From assembly GCA_001464065.1 (NCBI GenBank), contig LNDN01000011.1, forward strand, positions 2,231 through 66,230: a DNA stretch of 64,000 nucleotides. The letters run 5' to 3'. The notes under the pieces are model-generated. The model was given only the letters and a program-made list of their open reading frames with translations. It made no database searches and was not told the origin of the DNA. The position numbers and the translations under genes were made by a program. Of the stretch, positions 1-10,430 are shown piece after piece; within the stretch, counting starts at the first letter, position 1; every line of letters begins with the position of its first letter. This stretch comes from Acidobacteria bacterium Ga0077522 (GTDB lineage Bacteria > Acidobacteriota > Vicinamibacteria > Vicinamibacterales > Vicinamibacteraceae).

Positions 1-698
1 GCAACAACCACGGCGAGTTGACCTCGTGGTGGCGCGGCGGTGGGCACAAGCGGACCTACCGCATCATCGATTTCCGCCGGGACAAGCGTGACATCCCGGC
101 CAAGGTGTCGACGATCGAGTACGACCCGAACCGTTCGGCGCGCATCGCGCTGATCACGTATGCCGATGGCGAGAAGCGCTACATCCTCCACCCGGTGGGG
201 TTGAAGGTGGGCGACACGATCATCGCGGGCGTGACGGCCGACATCCTGCCGGGCAATGCGCTGCCGCTGAAGAACATCCCGCTGGGCACGGTCGTGCACA
301 ACGTGGAGTTGCGGCCGGGCAAGGGCGGGCAGATGGCGCGCAGTGCCGGCGCGGCGGTGCAGGTGGTGGCGAAGGAAGGCGAGTACGCCACGCTGCGCAT
401 GCCGTCCAGTGAAGTGCGCCTGGTGAACATGGAGTGCTACGCCACGGTGGGCCAGGTGGGCAACGTGGACCACGAGAACGTGTCGATCGGCAAGGCGGGA
501 CGCAGCCGGTGGCTGGGCAAGCGCCCGCACGTCCGCGGTGTGGCCATGAACCCGGTGGATCACCCGCTCGGCGGCGGCGAGGGCAAGACCTCGGGCGGCC
601 GTCACCCGGTGACGCCGTGGGGCGTGCCGACCAAGGGCTACAAGACGCGCAACCGCAAGGCGACCGACGCGTTCATCGTCACGCGCAGGCAGAAGTAG
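1..698 (+). CDS. rplB: 50S ribosomal protein L2 (5' end cut by window edge)
   Basis: Open frame from position 3; [15 protein letters not shown] and [14 protein letters not shown]2 signatures; followed by rpsS as in the S10 operon. Confidence 0.97.
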   Translation, partial: NNHGELTSWWRGGGHKRTYRIIDFRRDKRDIPAKVSTIEYDPNRSARIALITYADGEKRYILHPVGLKVGDTIIAGVTADILPGNALPLKNIPLGTVVHNVELRPGKGGQMARSAGAAVQVVAKEGEYATLRMPSSEVRLVNMECYATVGQVGNVDHENVSIGKAGRSRWLGKRPHVRGVAMNPVDHPLGGGEGKTSGGRHPVTPWGVPTKGYKTRNRKATDAFIVTRRQK

Positions 699-707
699 GC
701 CGGAATC

Positions 708-986
708 ATGAGCAGATCGCTGAAGAAGGGCCCGTTCATCGACACGCCGCTCCTCGAGAAGATCGAGGCGATGAATGCTGCCAACGAGAAGAAGGTCGTC
801 AAGACCTGGTCGCGGCGCTCGACGGTGATTCCCGAGATGATCGGGCACACGCTGGCGGTGCACAACGGCAAGAAGTTCGTGCCGGTGTACGTGACCGAGA
901 ACATGGTCGGCCACAAGCTGGGCGAGTTCGCGGCCACGCGTTCCTTCAAGGGGCACCCCCTGAAGGCCGAGAAGGCCTCGAGGTAG
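708..986 (+). CDS. rpsS: 30S ribosomal protein S19
   Basis: 92 aa; SLKKGPFID...[12 protein letters not shown]19 motifs; conserved operon position. Confidence 0.97.
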   Translation: MSRSLKKGPFIDTPLLEKIEAMNAANEKKVVKTWSRRSTVIPEMIGHTLAVHNGKKFVPVYVTENMVGHKLGEFAATRSFKGHPLKAEKASR

Positions 987-996
987 GGAGACGACG

Positions 997-1410
997 ATGG
1001 TGCAAGCGACAGCGACCTCCCGCAGCGTCCGCACCTCGGCCCAGAAGGCCGGGCTGGTGCTGGAGCTGATCCGCAACAAGGACGTGACCAGCGCGCTGGC
1101 GACGCTCAAGTTCTCCACCAAGGGTGTGGCGAAGAGCATCCACACGCTGCTCAAGTCGGCGATTGCCAATGCCCAGCAGGCCGAGGGTTTTGGCGGCGAC
1201 GTCGAGCGTCTCTACGTGTCGGCCGCGTATGCCGACCAGGGCACGTCGTTCAAGCGCGTCCGCCCGGCCCCGATGGGTCGTGCGTTCCGCGTCGTGAAGC
1301 GGACGGCGCACCTGACGGTGCAGGTGGCCGAGCGACCTGTGCGTCGCCGGGCCCCTCAGGCCCCCACCAAGCCGCGGGCGCGCAAGGCCGCTGGCTCCGA
1401 CAGCAACTAG
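997..1410 (+). CDS. rplV: 50S ribosomal protein L22
   Basis: 137 aa; FKRVRPAPMGRAFRVVKRTAHLTV core; lies between rpsS and rpsC. Confidence 0.95.
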   Translation: MVQATATSRSVRTSAQKAGLVLELIRNKDVTSALATLKFSTKGVAKSIHTLLKSAIANAQQAEGFGGDVERLYVSAAYADQGTSFKRVRPAPMGRAFRVVKRTAHLTVQVAERPVRRRAPQAPTKPRARKAAGSDSN

Positions 1411-1428
1411 GAACGAGGACGAAGTTTC

Positions 1429-2118
1429 ATGGGCCAGAAGGTTCATCCCTACGGGTTCCGGCTCGGGTTCAACAAGACCTGGCGCTCGCGGTGGTTCGCG
1501 GACAAGGACTACGCGAAGCTGCTCCACGAGGACCTCAAGCTGCGCGACGACCTGAAGAAGCGGTTCGCGCATGCGGGTGTGTCGAAGGTGGAGATCGAGC
1601 GGGCCGCCAACAAGTTGAAGATCGACATCCACACCAGTCGGCCGGGCATCATCATCGGCCGCAAGGGTGCGGAGGTGGACAAGCTCAAGGCGCAGGTGCA
1701 GAAGCGCACCAACCGCGAGGTGTTCATCAACATCCAGGAGATCCAGAAGCCGGAACTGGATGCGCAGCTCATCGCGGAGTCGGTGGCCATGCAGCTCGAG
1801 AAGCGCATTGCCTTCCGCCGGGCGATGCGCAAGGCGGTGGAGTCGGCCCTGCGGTTCGGCGCGCGCGGCATCAAGGTGCGCGTGTCGGGTCGCCTGAACG
1901 GCGCCGAGATCGCACGGTCGGAGTGGTATCTGCACGGCCAGTTGCCGCTGCAGACGCTGCGTGCCGACATCGACTACGGCTTCTCCGAGGCGCGCACCAC
2001 CTATGGCGCCATCGGTGTGAAGGTGTGGCTCTTCCAGGGAGAGCGCCTCGTGCCCAAGTTCGGTCGCGAGGAGGAGCAGTACCGGTCGCCGCGGCGTGCC
2101 GCGGGTGGTCGGGGATAG
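1429..2118 (+). CDS. rpsC: 30S ribosomal protein S3
   Basis: 229 aa; [14 protein letters not shown]-terminus and KH-domain region. Confidence 0.97.
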   Translation: MGQKVHPYGFRLGFNKTWRSRWFADKDYAKLLHEDLKLRDDLKKRFAHAGVSKVEIERAANKLKIDIHTSRPGIIIGRKGAEVDKLKAQVQKRTNREVFINIQEIQKPELDAQLIAESVAMQLEKRIAFRRAMRKAVESALRFGARGIKVRVSGRLNGAEIARSEWYLHGQLPLQTLRADIDYGFSEARTTYGAIGVKVWLFQGERLVPKFGREEEQYRSPRRAAGGRG

Positions 2119-2130
2119 GAACGATTCGCC

Positions 2131-2559
2131 ATGTTGATGCCCAAGAAGGTCAAGTACCGCAAGCAGCAGCGGGGACGCATGACAGGCAAGGCCTGGCGCG
2201 GGTCCGATGTCTCCTTCGGTGACTACGGGCTGAAGGCGCTCGAGCCCTGCTGGCTGACGGCGCGCCAGATCGAAGCGGCACGTATCGCGATGACCCGCTT
2301 CATCAAGCGCGGCGGCAAGATCTGGATCCGGGTGTTCCCGGACAAGCCGATCACGAAGAAGCCGCAGGAAACCCGTATGGGTAAGGGCAAGGGCGCCCCG
2401 GAAGCCTGGGTGTGCGTGATCAAGCCGGGTCGCATCCTCTTCGAGATGGAGGGGGTGGACGAGGTGACGGCACGCCGTGCGATGGAGCTGGCGGCGGCCA
2501 AGCTGCCCATCCTCACCAAGTTTGCGACGCGGTTCGCAGCACAGCAGGAGCAGGCGTGA
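2131..2559 (+). CDS. rplP: 50S ribosomal protein L16
   Basis: 142 aa; [16 protein letters not shown] start and TRMGKGKG motif. Confidence 0.97.
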   Translation: MLMPKKVKYRKQQRGRMTGKAWRGSDVSFGDYGLKALEPCWLTARQIEAARIAMTRFIKRGGKIWIRVFPDKPITKKPQETRMGKGKGAPEAWVCVIKPGRILFEMEGVDEVTARRAMELAAAKLPILTKFATRFAAQQEQA

Positions 2560-2756
2560 TGGCCAAGGTAGCGGAGTTCAAGGACCTCGGCGTCGAGCAG
2601 CTTGAGCAGCGCGCGGCGGAGATCGACAAGGAACTGTTCACGCTGCGGATTCGCAAGGCGATGGGACAGCTGGACAGGCCGCTGCAGATCCGGGACCTGC
2701 GTCGGGATCTGGCGCGGCTCAAGACCGTGCTGCGGCAGAAGGCCGACGCCCGCTAG
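2559..2756 (+). CDS. rpmC: 50S ribosomal protein L29
   Basis: 65 aa from the ATG at 2559, which sits inside the longer track ORF 2412..2756 and abuts the rplP stop; ELFTLRIRKAMGQL motif. Confidence 0.93.
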   Translation: MAKVAEFKDLGVEQLEQRAAEIDKELFTLRIRKAMGQLDRPLQIRDLRRDLARLKTVLRQKADAR

Positions 2757-2787
2757 GGCGCGCCGCGGAGAGAGCAGGAAGCGAGCT

Positions 2788-3042
2788 ATGGCAGCCAAGG
2801 CAGAAATCGTCGGTCGCGTCGTCAGCGACAAGATGGACAAGGGAGTCGTCGTCGCCGTGACGCGTCAGGTGCGTCACGAGGTGTACGGCAAGGGCCAGCG
2901 CAAGACGTCACGGTTCATGGCGCACGATGAGGCCAATACCGCGAAGGTCGGCGACACGGTCGCGATCGTCGAGAGCCGCCCGCTCAGCCGCCGCAAGCGG
3001 TTCGTGGTGACGCGCATCGTCGAGCAGGCGAAGGTCATCTAG
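2788..3042 (+). CDS. rpsQ: 30S ribosomal protein S17
   Basis: 84 aa from the ATG at 2788, inside ORF 2602..3042; [16 protein letters not shown] motif. Confidence 0.94.
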   Translation: MAAKAEIVGRVVSDKMDKGVVVAVTRQVRHEVYGKGQRKTSRFMAHDEANTAKVGDTVAIVESRPLSRRKRFVVTRIVEQAKVI

Positions 3043-3052
3043 GAGGAACGCG

Positions 3053-3421
3053 ATGATTCAGATGCGATCGATCCTGGACGTGGCCGACAACTCCGGCGCG
3101 CGCAAGATCTCGGTGATCAACCCGGTGGGTGGGTCGACGGGACGGTATGCGCGGCTCGGTGACATCGTCACCGCGTCGGTGAAGGAAGCGGCGCCGGACG
3201 GCAACGTGAAGAAGGGGCAGGTGGTCAAGGCGGTCATCGTGCGGACGCGCAAGGAACAGCGCCGCAAGGATGGCAGCTACATCCGCTTCGACCGCAACGC
3301 CGCGGTGCTGGTGAAGGACGATGGCGAGCCGATCGGCACCCGTGTGTTCGGGCCGGTGGCGCGCGAACTGCGCGAGCGGAAGTTCATGAAGATCATCTCG
3401 CTCGCCCCAGAGGTGCTGTAG
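3053..3421 (+). CDS. rplN: 50S ribosomal protein L14
   Basis: 122 aa; [17 protein letters not shown]-terminus. Confidence 0.97.
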   Translation: MIQMRSILDVADNSGARKISVINPVGGSTGRYARLGDIVTASVKEAAPDGNVKKGQVVKAVIVRTRKEQRRKDGSYIRFDRNAAVLVKDDGEPIGTRVFGPVARELRERKFMKIISLAPEVL

Positions 3422-3424
3422 GCG

Positions 3425-3757
3425 ATGGCTGGCTTGAAGCGGATTCGCAAGAACGACGAGGTCATCGTCATCGCCGGCAAGGATCGCGGCAAGCGTGGAC
3501 GTGTGACCCTGGTGGATGCCGATCGCAACCGGGTGGTGGTCGAGGGCTTGAACCTCGCCAAGCGGCACACGAAGCCGAACCCCCAGAAGCAGGTGCAGGG
3601 CGGCATCGTGGAACAGGAGGCGTCCATTCACGCCTCCAACGTGATGCTGGTGGACCCGGCCTCGGGCAAGCGCACCCGCGTGGGGATGCGCATCGAGAGC
3701 GACGGTCGCAAGGTCCGTGTCAGCCGACGCAAGGACGGCGGAGTGATCGACAAATGA
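3425..3757 (+). CDS. rplX: 50S ribosomal protein L24
   Basis: 110 aa; KOW motif [15 protein letters not shown]. Confidence 0.96.
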   Translation: MAGLKRIRKNDEVIVIAGKDRGKRGRVTLVDADRNRVVVEGLNLAKRHTKPNPQKQVQGGIVEQEASIHASNVMLVDPASGKRTRVGMRIESDGRKVRVSRRKDGGVIDK

Positions 3758-4296
3758 GCCGGCTGAAGGAGCGCTACACCGGTGAGGTGGCGCCCGCCCT
3801 GCAGAAGGAATTCGGGTACGCCAACGTGATGGCGATCCCGAAGATCACGAAGGTCGTGATCAACCTCGGGCTCGGCGAGGCCACCCAGAACGCGAAGATC
3901 GTGGACGTCGCGGCCGACGAACTCATGCGCATCGCGGGCCAGAAGCCCGTCGTGACGCGCGCGAAGAAGTCGATTGCCCAGTTCCGCGTCCGCCAGGGCA
4001 TGCCCATCGGGACGATGGTCACGCTGCGTGGCGAGCGGATGTTCGACTTCCTCGATCGCCTGATCTCGATGTCGCTGCCGCGGGTGCGCGACTTCCGGGG
4101 TATCCCGACGAAGGGCTTCGACGGGCGTGGCAACTACACGCTCGGGCTGAAGGACCAGCTGCTCTTCCCGGAAATCGACTACATGCGCGTGGACAAGCCG
4201 CGCGGCATGAACATCACCGTGGTCACCACGGCGAAGACCGACGAGGAATCGCGGCGCCTGCTGCAGCTCCTCGGATTCCCGTTCAGGCAGAGCTGA
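3754..4296 (+). CDS. rplE: 50S ribosomal protein L5
   Basis: 180 aa; ATGA overlap with the rplX stop; L5 core ...[16 protein letters not shown]... Confidence 0.97.
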   Translation: MSRLKERYTGEVAPALQKEFGYANVMAIPKITKVVINLGLGEATQNAKIVDVAADELMRIAGQKPVVTRAKKSIAQFRVRQGMPIGTMVTLRGERMFDFLDRLISMSLPRVRDFRGIPTKGFDGRGNYTLGLKDQLLFPEIDYMRVDKPRGMNITVVTTAKTDEESRRLLQLLGFPFRQS

Positions 4297-4297
4297 C

Positions 4298-4483
4298 ATG
4301 GCGACAACCGCAAAGATTGCCAAGGAACACAAGGTCCAGAAGTTTCAGGTCCGCGCCCGCAACCGGTGCGGCCGCTGCGGCCGACCGCGGGCGTACATGC
4401 GCAAGTTCGCCCTGTGCCGTCTGTGTTTCCGTGAGCTCGCCCTGCGTGGCGAGGTCGCGGGTGTGACCAAGAGCAGCTGGTAA
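4298..4483 (+). CDS. rpsN: 30S ribosomal protein S14, short zinc-binding type
   Basis: 61 aa; [23 protein letters not shown] (CxxC...CxxC). Confidence 0.95.
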   Translation: MATTAKIAKEHKVQKFQVRARNRCGRCGRPRAYMRKFALCRLCFRELALRGEVAGVTKSSW

Positions 4484-4607
4484 GCCACAGCAGGGCCGGG
4501 AGTGCAGGCCCGCGACGGTCGCATGACCGCCGGGAACCGCGCTGCCGTGGTGCGCAGGCCGAGGACCAGGGAGTCCCGTGCCGCGCCCGGCCCACCGAGG
4601 ACAAGGT

Positions 4608-5015
4608 ATGACTGACCCGATTGCCGACATGCTGACGCGGATTCGCAATGCCGTCCAGTCGCGCCACACGCGCGTGGACGTGCCCGTGTCGAAGCTGAAG
4701 CTCGAGATCGCCCGCATCCTGGAGGCCGAAGGCTACATCGGCGGCTTCAAGGTGATCGACCACCCGACCACCCCGGACTCGCCGCAGAAGGTGGTGCGGA
4801 TCGCCCTCAAGTACGGACCGCGCGGTGAACGCGTCATCTCCGGGCTCGAGCGCGTCAGCCGCCCCGGCCGCCGCGTCTACTTCGGCCGCGAGGCCGTCCC
4901 CACGGTGCTCGGCGGGCTCGGCACTGCGATCCTGACCACGTCGCAGGGCGTGATGACGGGACGCGAGGCGACCAAGGCCGGCGTCGGCGGCGAAGTGCTC
5001 TGCAACGTCTGGTAA
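4608..5015 (+). CDS. rpsH: 30S ribosomal protein S8
   Basis: ATG at 4608 inside ORF 4578..5015; [16 protein letters not shown]-terminus. Confidence 0.95.
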   Translation: MTDPIADMLTRIRNAVQSRHTRVDVPVSKLKLEIARILEAEGYIGGFKVIDHPTTPDSPQKVVRIALKYGPRGERVISGLERVSRPGRRVYFGREAVPTVLGGLGTAILTTSQGVMTGREATKAGVGGEVLCNVW

Positions 5016-5027
5016 GGACTGAGGAAC

Positions 5028-5564
5028 ATGTCTCGAATTGGCAAGAAGCCGATCCCCGTCCCCAAGGGTGTGCAGGTCACGCTGAAGGACGGCCTGGTCG
5101 AGGTGAAGGGGCCCAAGGGCCAGTTGTCGCAGGTGCTGCCTCCGGGCGTCACGATGGTGCTCGAGGACGGCCAGATCGTCACGAGCATCAGCGAGGCGCG
5201 CGAGATGCGGAAGTTCCACGGCCTCGGCCGCACCCTGGTGGCCAATGCGGTCCAGGGCGTGTCGGAGGGGTTCAAGCGGGAACTCGACATCGTCGGCGTG
5301 GGCTACCGTGCCGAGGTGAAGGGCCGCGACGTGCACTTCGCGCTCGGGTATTCGCACCCGGTGGTCTTCCCGTTGCCGCAGGGCATCGACGTGGCCATCG
5401 AGAAGCTGACGCATCTCACGGTGACGGGCATCGACAAGCAGATGGTCGGCCAGGTGGCCGCCAACATGCGGTCGCTGCGCAAGCCGGACCCCTACAAGCA
5501 GAAGGGTGTCCGGTACACCGGCGAAGTGCTCAAGAAGAAGGCCGGCAAGGCCGGCGCGAAGTAA
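5028..5564 (+). CDS. rplF: 50S ribosomal protein L6
   Basis: 178 aa; MSRIGKKPIPVPKGV N-terminus. Confidence 0.97.
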   Translation: MSRIGKKPIPVPKGVQVTLKDGLVEVKGPKGQLSQVLPPGVTMVLEDGQIVTSISEAREMRKFHGLGRTLVANAVQGVSEGFKRELDIVGVGYRAEVKGRDVHFALGYSHPVVFPLPQGIDVAIEKLTHLTVTGIDKQMVGQVAANMRSLRKPDPYKQKGVRYTGEVLKKKAGKAGAK

Positions 5565-5589
5565 CGCGCGCTGAAGCGGAGAAGCTGCC

Positions 5590-5964
5590 GTGAAGATCGA
5601 AACCAAGAAGGACCGACGCGAGCGCATCCGCCTGCGCCTGCGCAAGAAGCTGAGCGGTGAAGCGGTACGGCCGCGGGTCGCCGTGTTCCGCAGCGTGGCG
5701 CACATCTACGTCCAGGCCATCGACGATGCCAGCGGTACGACCGTGGCGTCGGCGAGCACGACCGAGGCGGCCGTGAAGGGCCAGCTCGCCGAGGGCGAGC
5801 GGGGCGGCAACGTCAAGGGGGCGGCCGCCATCGGCCGCATCCTGGCCGAGCGGCTCAAGGAGAAGGGCATCACCCGTGTCGTGTTCGACCGCGGCGGGTT
5901 CCTGTACCACGGGCGCGTGCGCGCCGTCGCCGAAGCCGCGCGCGAAGCCGGCCTCGAGTTCTGA
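5590..5964 (+). CDS. rplR: 50S ribosomal protein L18
   Basis: 124 aa, GTG start; [20 protein letters not shown] and [13 protein letters not shown] motifs. Confidence 0.96.
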   Translation: MKIETKKDRRERIRLRLRKKLSGEAVRPRVAVFRSVAHIYVQAIDDASGTTVASASTTEAAVKGQLAEGERGGNVKGAAAIGRILAERLKEKGITRVVFDRGGFLYHGRVRAVAEAAREAGLEF

Positions 5965-5972
5965 GGACTGAC

Positions 5973-6488
5973 ATGTACGAATTCCGCGATCGCATCGACG
6001 CGAGCCAGCTCGAGCTGAAGGACACCGTCGTGTCCATCAACCGCGTCACCAAGGTGGTCAAGGGCGGCAAGAACCTGTCCTTCAGCGCCCTGGTCATCGT
6101 CGGCGACAATGCCGGCCACGTCGGCTTCGGCGTCGGCAAGGCCAAGGAAGTGCCCTCGGCCATCAAGAAGGGGATCGAGGCTGCCAAGAAGTCGCTGGTC
6201 CGGGTGCCGCTCAAGGGCACGTCGGTGCCGCACGAGATCACCGGCCGCTTCGGCGCCGGGCGCGTGCTGCTGAAGCCGGCGCCGGACGGCACGGGCATCA
6301 TCGCCGGTGGCGCCGTGCGCGCCGTGGTCGAGGCAGCCGGGATCCAGAACATCCTGACCAAGTCGCTCGGCTCGGCCAACCCGCACAACGTGGTGCGGGC
6401 GACGATCGCGGGGCTCAAGGGCCTCAAGGACCCGTCGGCCATTGCCCGCCTCCGCGGCAAGTCGGTCGAAGAACTGCTGAACGCCTGA
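5973..6488 (+). CDS. rpsE: 30S ribosomal protein S5
   Basis: 171 aa; [27 protein letters not shown] motif. Confidence 0.97.
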   Translation: MYEFRDRIDASQLELKDTVVSINRVTKVVKGGKNLSFSALVIVGDNAGHVGFGVGKAKEVPSAIKKGIEAAKKSLVRVPLKGTSVPHEITGRFGAGRVLLKPAPDGTGIIAGGAVRAVVEAAGIQNILTKSLGSANPHNVVRATIAGLKGLKDPSAIARLRGKSVEELLNA

Positions 6489-6492
6489 GGAC

Positions 6493-6723
6493 GTGATGTC
6501 GGAAACCACTCCCCGTCGACAGAAGCCGGCCACGCTCGCCGCCCCCAAGGGCAAGACCCTCAAGGTCACCCTGGTGCGCAGTGTGATCGGGTACGACAAG
6601 AAGCAGGGCGAGATCGTCAAGGGTCTCGGCCTGCGCAAGATTGGGCACACCGTGGAGGTCCTCGATCATCCCGCCATGCGCGGCATGATCCAGAAGGTCC
6701 GCCACATGGTCACCGTCGAGTAG
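6493..6723 (+). CDS. rpmD: 50S ribosomal protein L30 with N-terminal extension
   Basis: 76 aa, GTG at 6493 or ATG at 6496; [29 protein letters not shown] core. Confidence 0.93.
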   Translation: MMSETTPRRQKPATLAAPKGKTLKVTLVRSVIGYDKKQGEIVKGLGLRKIGHTVEVLDHPAMRGMIQKVRHMVTVE

Positions 6724-6735
6724 CCGGAATCAGAT

Positions 6736-6765
6736 GGCCTTCGGCCTTCGGCCCTGGGCCTTGGG
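6736..6765. repeat. Tandem heptamer array (GGCCTTN) x4
   Basis: ggccttc ggccttc ggccctg ggccttg, 13 nt after the rpmD stop; an inverted GAAGGCC copy lies at 6772-6778. Confidence 0.9.
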
Positions 6766-6816
6766 ACATGCGAAGGCCGACGGCCGCGTGACGACGGTCG
6801 ACAGGAAAGAGTCATC

Positions 6817-7257
6817 ATGGATTTGAGCGATCTCAAGCCAGCCAAGGGTGCGACCCACGCCAGCAAGCGCGTGGGCCGTGGCCAGGGGTCGGGCAATGGC
6901 AAGACGGCCGGGCGAGGCCACAAGGGCGCCAAGTCGCGCTCGGGCTTCAAGCGCAAGCGCGGGTTCGAGGGCGGCCAGATGCCGCTGCACCGACGCCTGC
7001 CCAAGCGCGGCTTCACGAACATCTTCCGCAGCGAGTACGCGGTGATCAACCTCGACCAGCTCGAAGCGCTGTTCGAGGCCAACACCGACGTGACGCCGGA
7101 GGTCCTGCATGGTCAGGGGCTGGCGCAGGGCACCCAGAAGATCAAGGTGCTCGGCCGCGGCGAACTGACCAAGACGCTCAACGTCAAGGCCCACAAGTTC
7201 AGCGGGGCGGCCGCGCAGAAGATTCAGGCGGCCGGCGGCACCGTCGAGAGCCTGTAG
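6817..7257 (+). CDS. rplO: 50S ribosomal protein L15
   Basis: 146 aa; [20 protein letters not shown] motif. Confidence 0.97.
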   Translation: MDLSDLKPAKGATHASKRVGRGQGSGNGKTAGRGHKGAKSRSGFKRKRGFEGGQMPLHRRLPKRGFTNIFRSEYAVINLDQLEALFEANTDVTPEVLHGQGLAQGTQKIKVLGRGELTKTLNVKAHKFSGAAAQKIQAAGGTVESL

Positions 7258-7261
7258 GGCT

Positions 7262-7289
7262 CGCCGACGCCGCACGTCGCACGTCGAAG
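7262..7289. repeat. Tandem heptamer array (GYCGMAS) x4
   Basis: cgccgac gccgcac gtcgcac gtcgaag, 5 nt after the rplO stop; followed by GC hairpins at 7295-7315 and 7321-7341. Confidence 0.8.
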
Positions 7290-7371
7290 GTAGCGGGCGC
7301 CCCGCCGGGGCGCCCACGTCGGCCGGCTCGCAAGGCCGGCCCTACCCTCCGAAACATCGAGACCACGACCG

Positions 7372-8757
7372 ATGGATAGCTTGAGGAACATCTTCGCCGT
7401 CCCGGAGCTTCGTACCCGGGTGCTGTTCACGCTGGCAGTGCTCGGCGTGTTCCGCATTGGCCACCACATCCCGACGCCCGGTGTGAACACCGAGGCGCTG
7501 GCGTTGCTGGCCGAGCAGGCGCGCAATACGATGTTCGGCCTGTACGACCTGTTCTCGGGCGGGAACCTGTCGCGCGTGACGATCTTCGCGCTCGGCGTCA
7601 TGCCGTACATCAGTGCGTCGATCATCCTGCAGCTGCTGACCGTGGTGTGGCCGACCCTCGAGCGGATCTCGAAGGAAGGCGAACTCGGTCGCCGCAAGAT
7701 CACGCAGTACACCCGCTACGGGACCATCCTGCTGTCGGTGGTGCAGGCGCTGAGCATCGCCATCTTCCTGGAGCGCCAGACCAACATCGCCGGTGGCCTG
7801 CCGCTGGTGTACGACCCGGGCTGGGGCTTCCGCCTGCTGACGGTGCTGACGCTGACGACCGGGTCGATCTTCGTGATGTGGCTGGGTGAGCAGATCACGG
7901 AGCGCGGGGTCGGCAACGGCATGTCGCTGATCATCTACTCGGGCATCGTCGTCGGCCTGCCGCGGGCCGTCATGACGACCCTCGATCAGCTGAAGACCGG
8001 CGAGATCGGCCTGCTGCGGCTGGCGCTGCTGGTCCTGGTGATGGTGGTGGTGGTGGCGGCGATCGTGTACGTCGAGCGCGCCCATCGGCGTGTCACCGTG
8101 CACTACGCCAAGCGCGTCGTCGGTCGCCGGATGTACGGCGGATCGAGCACGCACATCCCGCTCAAGGTCAACACGGGCGGCGTGATGCCGGTCATCTTCG
8201 CCTCGTCGCTGCTGGCGTTCCCGGCGACCATCGCCGGGATGTTCCCGCCGGAGAGCTGGGTGCAGCGCGCGGCGCAGCAGTTGATGTGGGGCATGCCGCT
8301 CTACAACCTGCTGACGGTCGCCCTGATCATCTTCTTTGCGTACTTCTACACCGCCATCGTCTTCAACCCGGACGATGTGGCGGAGAACATGCGCAAGTAC
8401 GGCGGGTTCGTGCCGGGCATCCGCCCGGGCAAGCGGACGGCCGAGTACATCGACCTGATCCTGACGCGGATCACGCTGGTGGGGGCCCTGTACCTCGCCG
8501 CCGTGGCGCTGCTGCCGGAATTCCTGATCAGCGGCTTCAAGGTGGCGCCGATTCCCTTCATCGGGGAGTCGCTGGACGCCGCGCTGCCTGGCTGGTTCAC
8601 CAACGGTCTCGGCGTGACGTTCTTCTTCGGGGGCACGTCGCTCCTGATCGTCGTCGGCGTGGCCATGGACACCGTGCAGCAGCTGGAGTCGCAGCTCATC
8701 ATGCGGCACTACGACGGGTTCATGAAGAAGACCCGCATCCGCGGACGGAGAGGGTAG
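7372..8757 (+). CDS. secY: Preprotein translocase subunit SecY
   Basis: 461 aa polytopic membrane protein; FALGVMPYISASIILQLL and GGTSLLIVVGVAMDT SecY motifs; canonical position after rplO. Confidence 0.97.
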   Translation: MDSLRNIFAVPELRTRVLFTLAVLGVFRIGHHIPTPGVNTEALALLAEQARNTMFGLYDLFSGGNLSRVTIFALGVMPYISASIILQLLTVVWPTLERISKEGELGRRKITQYTRYGTILLSVVQALSIAIFLERQTNIAGGLPLVYDPGWGFRLLTVLTLTTGSIFVMWLGEQITERGVGNGMSLIIYSGIVVGLPRAVMTTLDQLKTGEIGLLRLALLVLVMVVVVAAIVYVERAHRRVTVHYAKRVVGRRMYGGSSTHIPLKVNTGGVMPVIFASSLLAFPATIAGMFPPESWVQRAAQQLMWGMPLYNLLTVALIIFFAYFYTAIVFNPDDVAENMRKYGGFVPGIRPGKRTAEYIDLILTRITLVGALYLAAVALLPEFLISGFKVAPIPFIGESLDAALPGWFTNGLGVTFFFGGTSLLIVVGVAMDTVQQLESQLIMRHYDGFMKKTRIRGRRG

Positions 8758-8765
8758 GCCGCCCG

Positions 8766-9408
8766 TTGGCTCGTCCAGGCCTCAATGTGGTGATGCTCGG
8801 TCCGCCGGGCGCGGGGAAGGGCACGCAAGCCAGCCGGCTGGCGCGCCACTACCACGTGCCCAAGATTTCGACCGGCGACATTCTCCGGGAGTCGGCCGCG
8901 GCCGGCACCCAGCTCGGGCTCGAGGCTCGGGCGCGCATCGATCAGGGCCATCTCGTCAGCGACGAGGTCGCCATCGCCATCGTCCGGGAACGACTCTCTC
9001 GACAGGACGTCGCTTTAGGGTTTATCCTTGATGGTTTCCCGCGGACGGTCGGACAGGCCGCGGCGCTGGATGATGCACATCGTGGTTCCGGTCGAGGTGC
9101 TGGTGGGCCGACTGCACGCCCGGCGCGTGTGCGGGGTTTGCGGCACCAACGCCGATCCGACCAAGCCGGATGTCGGGGTGTGCGCCAGTTGCGGCGGCGC
9201 GCTCGTCACCCGGGCAGACGATGACGAGCAGGTGGTGCGCAACCGCCTGCAGATTTACGAGGATCGGACGGCGCCGCTGGTGAACTACTACCAGGACCGC
9301 CCGACGTTCTTCACGATTGACGGCAACGTCTCGCCGGACACCGTGGCGGGCGCCATGAAGGACGCCCTGGCGTCGGCGATGGCGGTGGCTGAGGGGGGCA
9401 CGCGGTGA
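8766..9408 (+). CDS. adk: Adenylate kinase, reading frame interrupted (frame switch near 9072-9082); pseudogene or sequence error
   Basis: The N-terminal half (LGPPGAGKGTQ...GFILDGFPRTVGQAAALDD) is in the frame of ORF 8286..9224. The LID and C-terminal half (IVVPVEVLVGRLHARRVCGVCG...CASCGG...RADDDEQVVRNRL...) is in the frame of ORF 9028..9408. Start is uncertain: TTG 8766, GTG 8787 or ATG 8793. Confidence 0.85.
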
Positions 9409-10175
9409 TCACCTGCCGGTCGGCGGAAGAGCTCGTGAAGCTGCGGGCCGCCAACCAGTTGGTGGCGCGGATCCTCGAGGACCTGCGGCGGCTGGTGGTG
9501 CCGGGGGCGACCACGGCGGGCATCGACGCCGAGGCCGAGCGCCTGGTGCGCGAGGCCGGGGCGCAGCCGGCGTTCAAGGGGTATCGCGGGTTTCCCGCGA
9601 CCATCTGCGCGTCGCGCAATCACGAGGTGGTGCATGGCATCCCCTCGTCACAGGCGCTGGTGGAGGGCGACATCCTCTCGATCGACATGGGGGTGAAGCT
9701 CGACGGGTGGTATGGCGACTCGGCGGTGACGGTGGGTGTTGGGGCGATTGCCCCCGAGGCCCAGCGCTTGCTGGATGTGACCGAGGCGTCGCTGTACAAG
9801 GGCATCGACGCAGTGCGGCCGGGGGCGCGGGTGTCCGACATCGGCCAGGCCGTCCAGGCGTACGTGGAGGCCCAGGGGTTCACGGTGGTGCGGGAGTTCG
9901 TGGGGCACGGCATCGGCACGAAGTTGCACGAAGAGCCGCAGATCCCGAACTACGGCCCCGGGGGACGCGGGCCGCGTCTGGCGGAGGGCATGGTCCTGGC
10001 GATCGAGCCCATGGTGAACGCGGGACGCGCGGCGGTGCGGGTGTTGTCGGACGGCTGGACGGCCATCACGGTGGACGGGACGCTGTCGGCGCACTTCGAG
10101 CACACGGTGGCGGTGACCGCGGACGGCGTCGAGATTCTGACGCTGCGGCCGGCGGCGATGGCCAGCGGCCGCTGA
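9405..10175 (+). CDS. map: Type I methionine aminopeptidase
   Basis: 256 aa; GTGA overlap with the adk stop; metal-ligand context ...VHGIP...DMGV..DGWYGDSA...GHGIG...EPMV...FEHTV. Confidence 0.96.
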   Translation: MITCRSAEELVKLRAANQLVARILEDLRRLVVPGATTAGIDAEAERLVREAGAQPAFKGYRGFPATICASRNHEVVHGIPSSQALVEGDILSIDMGVKLDGWYGDSAVTVGVGAIAPEAQRLLDVTEASLYKGIDAVRPGARVSDIGQAVQAYVEAQGFTVVREFVGHGIGTKLHEEPQIPNYGPGGRGPRLAEGMVLAIEPMVNAGRAAVRVLSDGWTAITVDGTLSAHFEHTVAVTADGVEILTLRPAAMASGR

Positions 10176-10181
10176 GGCGGC

Positions 10182-10430
10182 ATGAGTGAGGGACTGCGCG
10201 GCACGGTCATCGAGCAGTTGCCGCAAGCCCTGTATCGGGTGCGCCTGGAATCAGGGCACGTGATCATGGCGCACGGCACCGGGGACATCCGTCGCAACTT
10301 CGTGCGGATCCTGGTGGGAGATCGGGTGGTTGTGCGGGTGTCGCCGTTCGACGTCACGCGCGGCCGGATTATCGGGCGGCTCGCACCGGGTGGCCGCCGT
10401 CAGAACGGAAGCGACGGTAGCGAGACATGA
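10182..10430 (+). CDS. infA: Translation initiation factor IF-1, divergent, with C-terminal extension
   Basis: 82 aa; S1/OB core [25 protein letters not shown]...[23 protein letters not shown]; conserved position between map and rpmJ. Confidence 0.88.
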   Translation: MSEGLRGTVIEQLPQALYRVRLESGHVIMAHGTGDIRRNFVRILVGDRVVVRVSPFDVTRGRIIGRLAPGGRRQNGSDGSET

